The notes under the pieces are model-generated. The model was not told the DNA's origin and did no database searches. It worked only from the letters and a program-made list of their open reading frames with translations. A DNA stretch of 39,793 bases, from the NCBI GenBank assembly GCA_963663405.2, contig CAXXSM010000108.1, positions 1-39,793 on the forward strand, in the 5' to 3' direction. This document shows positions 1 through 10,804 of this stretch, one piece after another (position 1 is the stretch's first letter; every line of letters begins with the position of its first letter). Position numbers and translations under genes: made by a program. This DNA is from a bacterium (GTDB lineage Bacteria > Hinthialibacterota > Hinthialibacteria > Hinthialibacterales > Hinthialibacteraceae).

Positions 1-855
1 GATGAGGTTGAAGCGCTCTGCCAATTCAATAATACCCGCGCGTCTCATTATCTGCGCGCCCGGAACGATCCTGAAGAAGCGCTGCTCCAGCTGCAAGATA
101 ATGATGTTCCCTGCAAGCGGGACACGCGCCTTCCCAGCGCTATCGTCATCGATGAATCGTATTCCAGTTCTCCCGAACTCCTGCGATCTAAACAATGGGT
201 TGTTCAGGACGGCGCGGCGAGTTTGATCGTCCCTCTTTTGGATGCGCGGCCGGGGATGCGAATTTGGGATGTCTGCGCCGCGCCAGGAGGAAAAACTTTT
301 CAACTCGCGGATACGATCGAGGGAAAAGGATTGATTGTCGCAACAGATAAAAACAGAAACCGTCTTGCTTCTCTTAACGAACAAGCGCAGAATCTTGACG
401 TTGAATGTGTTGAATCGTTCACTTGGGACGCGTTATCTGACCCCTTTCCTCTTGATTTCGAAGTATTTGATGCGATTCTTGTGGATGCGCCCTGTTCGGG
501 ATGGGGAACGTTTCGCCGGAATCCCGATCTGCGATGGCGATTGCGTCCAGATACGGAAGCGTATTTGGCGGAAAGAAGCCTGCGTATTCTGGAGCGAGCG
601 CAAGAGCAGTTAAAACCGGGAGGCGTGATGGTCTATTCAACCTGTACACTCGCGCCGGAAGAGAACGAAAAGACCGTGGACACGTTTTTACTGAATCATA
701 AAGAATTTGAACGGGAATCCGTAGCGGCGTATCTCCCGGAAGCGTTTCAACAAGCGGTCACACCCGCTGGGGATTTATCTCTTTTCCCTAGCCGGTGGAG
801 TTTAGACGGCGCCTATGGCGCGCGATTACGGAAGAAAGGAACGTCTGTTGGGTAG
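1..855 (+). CDS. rsmB: 16S rRNA m5C967 methyltransferase RsmB/Sun family, 5'-truncated by the window edge
   Basis: Frame 1 is open from base 1 (DEVEALCQFNN...VVQDGAASL) into ORF 223..855. Motifs: D-x-CAAPGGKT, LVDAPCSGWG, VYSTCT, ENE. Confidence 0.85.
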   Translation, partial: DEVEALCQFNNTRASHYLRARNDPEEALLQLQDNDVPCKRDTRLPSAIVIDESYSSSPELLRSKQWVVQDGAASLIVPLLDARPGMRIWDVCAAPGGKTFQLADTIEGKGLIVATDKNRNRLASLNEQAQNLDVECVESFTWDALSDPFPLDFEVFDAILVDAPCSGWGTFRRNPDLRWRLRPDTEAYLAERSLRILERAQEQLKPGGVMVYSTCTLAPEENEKTVDTFLLNHKEFERESVAAYLPEAFQQAVTPAGDLSLFPSRWSLDGAYGARLRKKGTSVG

Positions 856-1897
856 TTTTTTTGGGACATTGTTTCGCGGTCTGTTCCGCTTGATCAAGTT
901 CGTTATCCTCACTGTGTTTTTCATGGTGTTGCTTCTGGCGGGTATGTACGCCGGAGGGTTTTGGCTTCTGGATTATCTCGTGCGGGGAGAAAAAGTAACC
1001 GTGCCACGGCTTTACGGAAAATCGAAGGCCGAGGCGATCGAAATTCTCGCCGAAAATGGATTAATGCCCAAACTTCCCATTGAAGAATTCCCAAGCCAAG
1101 ACGCTCCAGCGGGGATTGTGATCGGCCAACGTCCGGCGCCGGATAAACTCGTGAAAAGGCGGCGCAGCGTCACACTCATCATCAGTTCAGGAGCGGAACG
1201 GATTCGGATTCCCACATTGATTGGATGGGATGAAGATCAGATTGTTTCGGAATTGCAGAGCGCAGGTTTGGAATTAGGCCGCCGGGCGGCCGTTTATCAT
1301 ACTGAATTTCCCAATGGGACGATCATCTCTCAAGATCCACTCCCTGGACGCCAGTTGCTGCAAGGGAAAAAAATCGATATTCTCGTCAGTATGGGGCCGG
1401 AAGCGGTCAACTATGTCATGCCCAATTTTATCGGTCTCGATTCACCGACAGTGCTTAGTCAGATCGCCCAAGATCCGTTCCATATTCCGGATGATAATAT
1501 CTACTATCAAAAAACCTCCGATTCCTCTCAATGGAACCGGATTATCAAGCAACTCCCCCGCCCCGGCGCGAAAGTGGCCGCAGGTGAAAGCGTCTCCTTG
1601 ACCATTGGATCCAGTGGCCGGGAGTTGGCGAGAATGCGGATGATTCACGTTAATTTCCCTATTACGCCGGCTCTCTCAACCGGTACCATGGCGTTGATCG
1701 TATGGGATGAAGCCTCTTTCATGTTTAAAGAACCCACTCTTTATCCAATCGACGCGTTCCATTCATCGAATGAAGTCGACAAGTGGATACCTGTGTTTGG
1801 GGACACTCTCATAATTCTTGGATTAATCGATCTGAACGATCCGTTCGCGTTTCCTCAGATTCTTGAGAAACAGTTTTATAGAGCGCCTTCGAAGTGA
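848..1897 (+). CDS. Membrane-anchored PASTA-repeat protein
   Basis: N-terminal TM helix followed by three PASTA-like repeats (VPRLYGKS...VIGQRP, IPTLIGW...IISQDP, MPNFIGL...IIKQLP). The start may be TTG 848, overlapping the rsmB stop, or ATG 815. Confidence 0.85.
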   Translation: MGSFFGTLFRGLFRLIKFVILTVFFMVLLLAGMYAGGFWLLDYLVRGEKVTVPRLYGKSKAEAIEILAENGLMPKLPIEEFPSQDAPAGIVIGQRPAPDKLVKRRRSVTLIISSGAERIRIPTLIGWDEDQIVSELQSAGLELGRRAAVYHTEFPNGTIISQDPLPGRQLLQGKKIDILVSMGPEAVNYVMPNFIGLDSPTVLSQIAQDPFHIPDDNIYYQKTSDSSQWNRIIKQLPRPGAKVAAGESVSLTIGSSGRELARMRMIHVNFPITPALSTGTMALIVWDEASFMFKEPTLYPIDAFHSSNEVDKWIPVFGDTLIILGLIDLNDPFAFPQILEKQFYRAPSK

Positions 1898-1924
1898 GTA
1901 TTTGATTTTGATGGAAAAAGAAAG

Positions 1925-1949
1925 GGTGAGTCACGTTTTATTGACCCAC
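1925..1949. terminator. Possible terminator hairpin between convergent genes
   Basis: GGTGAGTCA...TGACCCACC imperfect stem, preceded by an A-run (U-tail on the minus strand). Confidence 0.4.
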
Positions 1950-2021
1950 CGCTAGTAAGTTGTGCTGTAGTAATATTCACTGATTCTACGAGCTATAAAA
2001 ACGCGGTCCAACCTTGCGGAA

Positions 2022-2582
2022 TTAGCTGCCGAAAATATACCAATCGCCGCTGCTGATTGTTCCATTGCTGGAATCGTAAAAATGAAGTGGATTCCCGACC
2101 GCCGCTTCATAATCGGTATCCGGCATGGCGCCATGTAGAACGTAACCGGCTTTCCGGCCTTGTTGCTCGGGGATTAAGCTGAATGTGGATCCACTTTCCC
2201 GGAGGGGATTGGCGTAATCCGGATCCCAAAGTGGAAAAGCGCTGTCTTCGGGTTGGAACATGTCGCTTGAACTTGGATCGATTCCTTCCCGGAATGGATC
2301 GAGAGGGACGGAGGTCATGTATGCGACCGGGGATGTCAACCGAGCCAACCGGGCGTACCGCAGATTCCCCGCCGTGCTGGGTGTCGGTGGATACATATTA
2401 TTGTCGATATTATACATCGCTAAGGCGGTGCTGACAGATTTCATATCCGCCTGGCACCGTGCAACCTTGGCGCGGACTTGGGCGTTGAGAAAATTGGGGA
2501 CGGCGATCGCCGCCAGGATTCCAATAATCGCCACAACGATGAGAAGTTCAATCAGGGTGAAGGCGTTACGATGTTTTATCAT
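2022..2582 (-). CDS. Prepilin-type N-terminal cleavage/methylation protein (type IV pilin / GspG-like)
   Basis: AFTLIELLIVVAIIGILAAIAVPNF class III signal peptide. The AAAGGAG SD upstream of ATG 2582 favours that start over 2603. Confidence 0.85.
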   Translation of the reverse strand: MIKHRNAFTLIELLIVVAIIGILAAIAVPNFLNAQVRAKVARCQADMKSVSTALAMYNIDNNMYPPTPSTAGNLRYARLARLTSPVAYMTSVPLDPFREGIDPSSSDMFQPEDSAFPLWDPDYANPLRESGSTFSLIPEQQGRKAGYVLHGAMPDTDYEAAVGNPLHFYDSSNGTISSGDWYIFGS

Positions 2583-2828
2583 TACAGTTGCTCCTTTCAA
2601 CATCTATTTAACGTAATATATTGGGATAATATTTAACGATACCTGTAAAAGATCGGAAGAAAAGGGATTCAGACGATCTTTTCACAACGATTCAATCCTA
2701 GCTAAATACGATCTTAATAATCGTTATTGCGGTTTTCAAGTTAAAACAGCCTCGCAACGGCAAAGTCATGAATGAAAGCATTTCAAGACATAAATTCCGC
2801 AGAATTACTTTACAGAATTTTGATCCGG

Positions 2829-5800
2829 TTATTTCACCCGAATCACCCGATTTAGCACGGTATCACTGACTAAGATTTCCCTTTTTGCGTGCAGAGGATT
2901 CCTGTAGGCCGTAAGAGTTTTCTTCCCCCCAAGCCTTTGGTAAGGATTTCGATCCGTTCGCCTTCCGGATTGTAGACATAGACGCAACGGCCAATTGGAT
3001 CAGTCAAGTAGATCGTTCCATCGGGGGAGCAAGCCAGGTGGCCTTCAAAACCGCCTTGATTTTCCCATTCCGTCTCGACGGGCCAGATTTGAACGACTGT
3101 TCCATTCGTCCGGTATTCTTTAACCCGCTTATTGAGACTGTCCAGAATCACCAGATTGCCCTTTGGTGTGACCGCAATCCCCACCGGCTCATTGAATGAG
3201 TCTTCACTATCCCCCTTTTTTGTTCCCCACGTACGAATTAATTTTCCTTCCTGGTTCATAATTTTGACTTGGCTGTTGCCTGTGTCGGCGATGTACAGGA
3301 GGCGCGTTTGTGGATGAAACGCGATTCCACGCTGTCCATAAAAGCCCAAGGGAGCCGAGCCTAAGAACGTTCCGTTCTTGTCCAACACAACGATGCGGTG
3401 GTTCCATGTATCGGAGACATAAATCCGGCCGGTTTGGGGATCGAACGCGATATCGTTTGGTTCTTTAAATTCCCCCTCACCATCGCCTTCCTCACCGGTC
3501 TGCCAGAGATACGCGCCATTCTCATTGAACACCTGTACCCGGTGATTCCAAGTGTCAATCACATAAATATTGCCTTCCGTATCTTGGACCATCCCACGAG
3601 GTTCATGGAACTGTCCGTTCATCACGCCTTCCCCGCCCTGGTACATGGATACGCCTTGTTCCTTGGGCTGCAGGGCGGGCGGTGTGTTTTGGGTTCATCT
3701 GGACGAACGGCTCCATAAACGCGGTTCAGACTCCTGTCAATCTCGAAAATGGATTGTTCTTCAATGCGGAACACAAGGTGGAACAGATCATCCCATTCTT
3801 CGATCCGTTTCAACGATTCCGGACCGTATGGCGGGCGATTTCCACGAGGGTCTTCTAATTCCAATTTTCCGAATACGAGATACTCAACTTGATACTGCCC
3901 CAAAAGATCTTTAACGATTTTTTTTGTCTTGCGAAAGATAGATCCGGTTGACGGCGTCCGTGCGAGGGCGCTTTTGATCGGCGTGCATCCGCTCGCCCAC
4001 GTGATGATCCCAGCCGAGAATGGCGGGCAGGCCGGTGTAGGAGCAAAACCGCGATTCATCGTAATATGGACGCAGGGTCAATTCAACAATATTGGGGGAG
4101 CCTTTCACAAATCGATTGAACCATTGGATTCCCGCATACGCTGGATATTCTTTTTTCCGCAGCCAGGAATACGCGTCGAGGGAGGGGACATCTCCCATCG
4201 CGTCTTGATAGGTCAACGCGCGGCCCGTTTTTGTGATGATAACCGGGGAAACGATCGTGAAGGGAAGCGTCAACAGAAACAGGATCAGAAGGGCGGCTGT
4301 CAAAACCACCTGGATGGATATGACGGAGAACCGGGCGATCCCGGTTTCTCAATTGCGCGCAAAGCGCATGAAATCCATTCCAGATCAACGGCAGAGACAG
4401 GGCCGCGAAGATGGCTAGATACTGCCAGACTTGGATATTGAATTTGAAAACCGTGTTGTAGCGGTGATTGGGGATTGACCAGCCTTCGTTGATATGGAAA
4501 AATTCGATCCCCATCGACAAGCCTAAACCGAGGAGTCCAATCAATAAAGTAAAAACACTTGCGCTATCCCGTTTGCGGTTCCAAAGCAATAGGAAAAGAA
4601 CGAACAGGAAAGGCAGAAACATGCCCACGACGGTATAATCGAGCGGCTCTCCCAATCCTCCTGATGTTGTGGGGAGAGAGGGTTTGGTGAACCAGCCGTG
4701 GAAGTACTGTGAATCGGTTTCCAATTTAGCGTTTATATACCAAGTCACGAACTTTGCAACAGCGAATGTTAGTAGATAAAACCCAGTAAAACCGATGACT
4801 CGTTTCTTCGAAAATGAGCCATCTTGATGCGTGAAGGCTAAAAACGTTACGCCAACCGCAACCGGCAGCAGCAGGTGTCCGAAGAAACCGAGATAGGAGG
4901 ATACCGTCGAACTCCCTTCCGACATCCAACCAATTGAGTTAACACGTGAAATGAAATTGTGATGGAAGGGATAATACAACAGCACACCAAGTCCAAAGAC
5001 CGCGAGTATCGGCCCTAATGGAAAACGGAAGAAGGATTGAATTCCCTCCGGTGAGATCCATTGCAACTTCGTAAACCGGGCGGTGGCTAAATCTGATTCG
5101 CGATAGAATTTAATAGCGGCTACAAGTAAAAACGCGATCAACAGGCCGGGTAGATCCCATGTATTCGTACAGATCACCGTTCCCAACAGCAACGCGAGGA
5201 AGAACAACGCAGTTCCCGGCGCCCACGCGCCTTTCTCTTTCAATGGACGCGCGAAGTAGGCGTAAAGCAGAATCAAAAACGCGAAGGTGAATGGTATAAC
5301 CAGCATATGCGCGTGCATGTCGAAGAAGAGATGCGTCCAATAGGGGAACTCGTTTGCGACCGTGCCGGGGAAGATGTGGCTTCTCGCGTTCCAGAACATG
5401 GCGCCGTAGTCGGTATGAAAGATCTTATCCAGCGTGGCTTGTGAGGCCAGCCCTAAATACGTGCAGATCGACATCCAAATCAGTTTCGAGACAGTTTGGA
5501 TTCCTTGGATACAACTCGATACGCTGAATCCCGGCGCGGGCCGGGCGCTTGGATCCCATTTGGTCAGATCAAAGAAGGTGAATAGATGGGCGGAGAATAG
5601 ACCGAGATACAACGCCAAAAGCGAAAGAACCGTCTTCCGGCAGAGCGCGTATGTCAGCGCGAATATTCCCAGCCCCGCCAGCGCCGTCGCGCAGGTCCCA
5701 CCGATGTTGAAGATGTATTCCGGCGGGAGTCCGGCGAAACGTCCAACGATGGTGAAGAGGGCGTGTCCGTAATAGTAATAGTTGACTGGATAGCCGCTGA

Positions 5801-8642
5801 TCCAGGGATCTTCAGGCGGACAGGTTTCCGCGCGGCTCATCGCGCTGACAAAGGATGCGTTCATCGGTTTTTCACCCTGATGCGCGTCGGGGTGATAGGC
5901 CCGTACGATCAGGAAAAATGACCATAAGACGAGGAATAAGACTTCCATCCCCACAAGCAAAGGCCATTTTTGCCGGATAAACGCAAGGATTTCAATCCGG
6001 CGCCGGTACGCGCTCCAAACCGCCGCGCCAAGAAGAACCAGAAAGATAAAGAACAAGCCCCCGCGCGAGAGAGGAAGCGTTCCGATTGACGCCAACACCC
6101 AGCCAATCCATGCAAATAACGCCAATCCAACCGCCTTTGAGATCTCAAATCCCCGGCCGGGCAGTTTCGAACAGAACGGGAAGAGGAAGATAAACGCGAT
6201 TCCCCCTAACAGTTGAAGAACGATCCACCAATTGAGAACGGGATGTTCCGGATACGGGGCGTACACGGGATATCCGTCCCGCGCGGTTAAGATATCTTTT
6301 TCGGTGATCCTAGTAACCCACGTTGGAGGATTGAGAATCAGTTCCTTCAATTCGTCTTTGGAAAAATCGTGGACTTTCTCAAACAGAATCATCTTGGGAT
6401 GATCGTAGATGCGGGCCGTTTCATCTTCTTCATCCACACGAAATTCCCAGCCGAGGAATTGGGGGGGATTAGTTACGATCTTGGCGATGCGGAATCCCAA
6501 TTGTTCGGCAAAAAGGGCTTGTAAGAACTGATTGGTGATTGGGAATTTTTCGGGATTGTGAAGCGTCGATCCATACGGGCGTTTGCTGGGGAAGAGGATG
6601 TAATCATTATTTGCCAGCACATTCGCGAGATACTGAATGCGTTGATTAATATTTTTTTCGGAGTGCACATTGGCGTGTACATCAAACTCTTGGCGGATTG
6701 AAACGCCATGCGCGCTTTCATCCCAATTGTTCTTCGCGATTTTCGCGCCGCGCGGTGTATTTTCCCGGATATATTTTCCCATCGTAATCGCTGGATGCGG
6801 CCGGCTATAGATACCTGAATAAGCCCATCCATAGATGAATCCAAACAATAACGCAGCCGTCCCGCCAACGATGCCGAAACGCTTCAGCGCCGTTTTCCAG
6901 CCGCTGGTCAGTTTTGGAAATTCGGGGGAATAAAACTGGGGCTTTATATGAATCAAATCAGCGATCAGCCGCGCCCCCAAGACGAGAAGAATGGGCAAAA
7001 CGGGGATCATATAACGCGGGAATTTGCTGGAAAATGTGCTGTACAGGATAAAACTGGGGATCGCCCACGAAGCGAGAACGACATCGGCTCCGGATCGTGT
7101 CCAGAAGATTCGATAGATAGCGTAGAGACATCCCACGACGGCGAAGAACGCTGTCATGTGATCTAATGAAGGATAGAAGAGATTATCGAGCGAGGTAAAA
7201 AAGGGAACTGTGTTGCTGAATTGAAGGGTATAGGGCACAGGATATGTTCCTGTCATGTTAATGCCCGATTGTTCGATGATATTTCTCGCAAACGCGACGG
7301 AATCGAAATACGCCATCGGTTCCGCGAAGAGAAACGCGGCTACGCCGATGGGAATCCCGAGAACAAACCATACCCAAGGGAGATAGAGGCGGAAGGCGGG
7401 ACAAAACCAACCGGTTTCGCGATCGTTCCAGATATGCCGTATATACAACATCACCATAGACGCGATGAACAAAAACGCGGCGAAAACGATCCATAAAATC
7501 CAATGATTTCCATAAAACCCGCAGAACTGGGCGAGAGTTACGTTAAACGGGGGCTCCGTCGAACTCGCCGCTTTAAAGAAATGCAGCAAGATCAAGCCCG
7601 CGATCCCCACCCAGACGGTGTTGATCCACCGGCCGACTTTGCCATGCTTGTTATCGCCCCAGGTCCCCACCGCGTGCGCGAGGAGATAAATCCCTGGCAG
7701 CGTGAGTCCGCTCCATTTGGAACCTACCGAAAAACCGGTACAGATGGCGCCGAGAATATACCAGATCAACCTGGGTTTCTGGCTGATCTTCAAGAAACAA
7801 TAGATCGCGGCGGTCACCCAAAATCCGAGAACACCATCGACCGTCATGAAATGACAGGTCTGCACATGCAGCATCGCCACCGCCAGCATCGCGGCGGCGA
7901 TCAGGCCCGCTGTCCGGTTGTAAGCGTCGCGGCCGATAAGGTAGACCAATAGCACAGTGAGCGCGCCCATCCACGCGGTGACGATCCGCCCGATAAGTAC
8001 AATGGAACTCATATCGGGCTGGTAGTTGCTTGCGGCGAAGTCAATGATGAGACTGGGCATAAAGACAACGAGAAGCAGACCGGTGATGGGGATAATGAGA
8101 GAGGGAAAAAGAAACGGCAGCCGCCGCTCATCGAGAACGAGCGGCCCGTGTGTCTCCTTCGCCCGTTTAAAATCGCGGTTGACGGCGATAAACAGCCGAA
8201 TCCCGATCACAAAAACGAAGAAACCCGCCAGGATTCCCAGCCAATCCACGGAGAGGAAATTCCAGGAATTATCCAGACCTTTGTGAGATGATAGATATTC
8301 TTGGTAAAGCAGATAGAGGTGATTGGGAAATGTGCCGTAGTTGTAATTGATAGGACGCAGGCCCGGTTTCCCTGTGGATGAGGGAACGCCTTCTTTGACT
8401 TCCAGATTCCGCTCGTAAAGGATTTGCAACTGTTCGCGCCAGGGCAGATTTCGCTCCTCTTCGGTCAATCCCTGCGGGCGCAGTCCCATAGCGCAGTTGG
8501 TGTAATGCCGTTCGTCAGGATGAAAGTTTGTAATCCGGTCTTTTAATCCCCAATCAGCGCCATACAACCGCAGATACAGCGCAAGTCCGAAGATTAACAG
8601 TAAACAAAGCGAAGAAAGGATGCGTACGATAGCGGATTTCAT
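2829..8642 (-). CDS. Giant multi-domain membrane protein: GT39/PMT-like GT-C domain + DUF2298 (Chlor_Arch_YYY) + C-terminal NHL beta-propeller; four frameshifts in this assembly
   Basis: ORFs 4083..8642, 3911..4309, 3622..4059 and 2870..3646 are consecutive pieces of one protein. Motifs: FHPDE, GEKPMN, DPWISGYPVNYYYYGH, NEFP...DMHAH, NTWD, RYNTVFKF, GLPAILGW, and NHL repeats (FxEPxGI...DTWNHR). Correcting the last shift gives ...KGEILVSDTVLNRVIRVK* ending at 2829. Confidence 0.8.
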
Positions 8643-8695
8643 AATATTTTTGTATCAACTCCAAAAAGAGAATGGATGCAAAATGAACTGTCTAT

Positions 8696-8726
8696 TACTA
8701 TAGGCCAATCCGGTTCTTTATGACAA
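8696..8726 (-). promoter_or_regulatory. Possible sigma70 promoter of the giant membrane-protein gene
   Basis: The minus strand reads TTGTCA-N18-TATAGT about 55 nt upstream of the ATG. Confidence 0.35.
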
Positions 8727-8813
8727 CCTGAATTGGGGTACTATATGCGCTTGTTATAAAACTATCAAAATTGAGATCCAAAGAACAAATGAAAATGAGT
8801 TGTAAAGTACTTG

Positions 8814-8911
8814 GAGAGGGTGGCAAGGGCAAGGTTTTTTTTCTGCCCTTGTGTAATTTTGTACGATTCTATCGTAAGGGCAGACAAAAGCCTTGTCCTT
8901 ACTACCCTCTC
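8814..8911. repeat. REP-like long imperfect palindrome
   Basis: Arms 8814-8850 (GAGAGGGTGGCAAGGGCAAGG...CTGCCCTT) and 8876-8911 (AAGGGCAG...CCTTGTCCTTACTACCCTCTC) are near reverse complements. A related single arm lies at 23466-23504. Confidence 0.7.
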
Positions 8912-9081
8912 TTACTATAGGGCCATTACCTTAAAAGGATTCACTCGGTTGAGCCATCCCTAGTAACTCATTCTCATATAACCACTATTTAAAACGATTG
9001 ATTCCGGCGTTGTGTAATGATCTCTGGAGGCGTTCAGACCGGAAGAACGCAACGCCCGGCAATGTAAAAAAAGGCGCTGTT

Positions 9082-9738
9082 GTGAAATCGGATGATATTC
9101 ATAAAATCGTTGCTATCCTACGGCAAGAAGTGACAAAATGGAAGACACCGGCGGTTACGGTTGTCGCGGGGAAAACGCAAAATCCCTTCAACGTGCTGAT
9201 CTCGTGCATTCTCAGTTTGCGCACAAAAGACGAGACCACCGGGAAAGCGTTCGCCCGCCTGCATAAACGGGCGCGGACACCGCGCGGGATGCTGCGTATC
9301 CCCGTGGAGGAATTGGCGCAGATCATCTATCCTGTGGGATTCTACAACCAAAAAGCGAAGAGCATCCACGCCATCTGCGAGACGCTGCTGCGCGATTATG
9401 GCGGGAAAGTGCCGGATTCCATCGATGAATTACTAAAATTGAATGGCGTAGGGCGGAAGACGGCCAATCTAGTCATAACACATGGTTTCGGCAAACCGGG
9501 CATCTGCGTCGACACCCACGTCCACCGCATCAACAACCGCTTGGGATATGTGTCAACGAAAAATCCCGATGAAACTGAATTCGCGTTGCGGAAAAAACTG
9601 CCCAAAGAGTACTGGATTGAATACAATGATCACCTGGTTACATACGGGCAGAATCTCTGCGTTCCAATATCGCCGAAATGTTCAGAGTGCAAGTTAACAC
9701 CTTATTGTGACCGTGTGGGTGTGACGAAGAGCCGGTGA
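9082..9738 (+). CDS. nth: Endonuclease III
   Basis: HhH motif LNGVGRKTAN, VDTHV, and 4Fe-4S motif C-x6-C-x2-C-x5-C. GTG 9082 is the likely start. Confidence 0.92.
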   Translation: MKSDDIHKIVAILRQEVTKWKTPAVTVVAGKTQNPFNVLISCILSLRTKDETTGKAFARLHKRARTPRGMLRIPVEELAQIIYPVGFYNQKAKSIHAICETLLRDYGGKVPDSIDELLKLNGVGRKTANLVITHGFGKPGICVDTHVHRINNRLGYVSTKNPDETEFALRKKLPKEYWIEYNDHLVTYGQNLCVPISPKCSECKLTPYCDRVGVTKSR

Positions 9739-9778
9739 CGGAGGGCATCATTGAAGGTGGGATGCCCGAGTCGTCAAT

Positions 9779-10669
9779 TCAAAACAGAAACCAATTCGAT
9801 ACCGAAACCGGTTCGAGAAACCGAAGCGTTCCCCACAGGTCTTCGATCTCATGCACGCTTTCCTCTGAAATTTCCCCCGGTTCGTAGAAATAGGCGAACC
9901 AGAACAGTTGAATGTCGCGATGTCCCGCGTAATAGTTCGGATCCGTGACGGTTTGTTCGTCAAAAATCTCCACGTCATCCACCCCGATGTTAAATCCAAT
10001 CTCGCTTCCAGCGGAGGGAGAACCGATAATACTCAGTTTGAACCGCGCTTCCTGGGTCCAGTCCGCCGTCTCATCATTAACGACGGTCTGCGCGTACCAA
10101 TCGGCGCCGGGATCTGATCCAAAGGGCCGTTCGTAATCGCCATACAGTTCCGGCGATACGAAGGGAACCGCAGTGTCTTCGGCGCCGAGTCCATAGATCC
10201 ACTGCCCACCCATTTCGGTTTCAACCGCGTTGCGGCACGATTCCAATGTGCGGCTCGCGTCACCGTCGAAGAAGTATTCCACGGCGTCGTTTTCCCAAGT
10301 GACAGGTAAATCGTATCGATAATCCGTTCCATAATTCTCACTGATATAAATATCATCCGTGACTGAAACACCGATGTAGAGGTACGTATCATCATACGAT
10401 ACGTAGAAAGTATAACTGATATCTTCCACTCCATCGGATTCCCCAGGTCCGTCATTACCCGCGACACCAAGCGTGTCAAAATCGACAAAGTTGGACGCCG
10501 CGCCGTCCCACTCGCCAGGGTTAAGAATCCCATCAATCTCCGGTGGCGCGTAGGTGTAAGGCGCCTGGATCAGTTGACGTCCATCCTCATCAAATTCCTG
10601 TGCGAAGCCAACGGCGCAAAGCAGTAGAAGTATGGAGGTAAGAGTAATTGAAAAGATAATTCTTGACAT
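9779..10669 (-). CDS. Secreted acidic CBM9/DOMON-like sugar-binding domain protein
   Basis: Signal peptide (MSRIIFSITLTSILLLLCAVGFA), PEIDG...GEW, YDDTYLYIGVSVTDD, WENDAVEYFFD and IGFNIGVDD. GGGAGA SD precedes ATG 10669. Confidence 0.7.
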   Translation of the reverse strand: MSRIIFSITLTSILLLLCAVGFAQEFDEDGRQLIQAPYTYAPPEIDGILNPGEWDGAASNFVDFDTLGVAGNDGPGESDGVEDISYTFYVSYDDTYLYIGVSVTDDIYISENYGTDYRYDLPVTWENDAVEYFFDGDASRTLESCRNAVETEMGGQWIYGLGAEDTAVPFVSPELYGDYERPFGSDPGADWYAQTVVNDETADWTQEARFKLSIIGSPSAGSEIGFNIGVDDVEIFDEQTVTDPNYYAGHRDIQLFWFAYFYEPGEISEESVHEIEDLWGTLRFLEPVSVSNWFLF

Positions 10670-10804
10670 TGAATTCTCCCCATTTCTGTGATGTTTATCG
10701 ACAGGATGACATTCGTTCATATTGCGCTATTCGCGAAATAAAATCAATTGGTCTGACGGATGTAAAATCCGAAAAATCCAAGTGGGATTAAAGCAGTAAT
10801 TACT

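Noticed and set aside
2-226. 74-aa ORF at the window start
   Set aside because: Shadow frame; frame 1 continues RsmB.
2829-4352. Programmed ribosomal frameshifting in the giant gene
   Set aside because: Four shifts in mixed directions, mostly at homopolymers, fit errors or decay rather than recoding.
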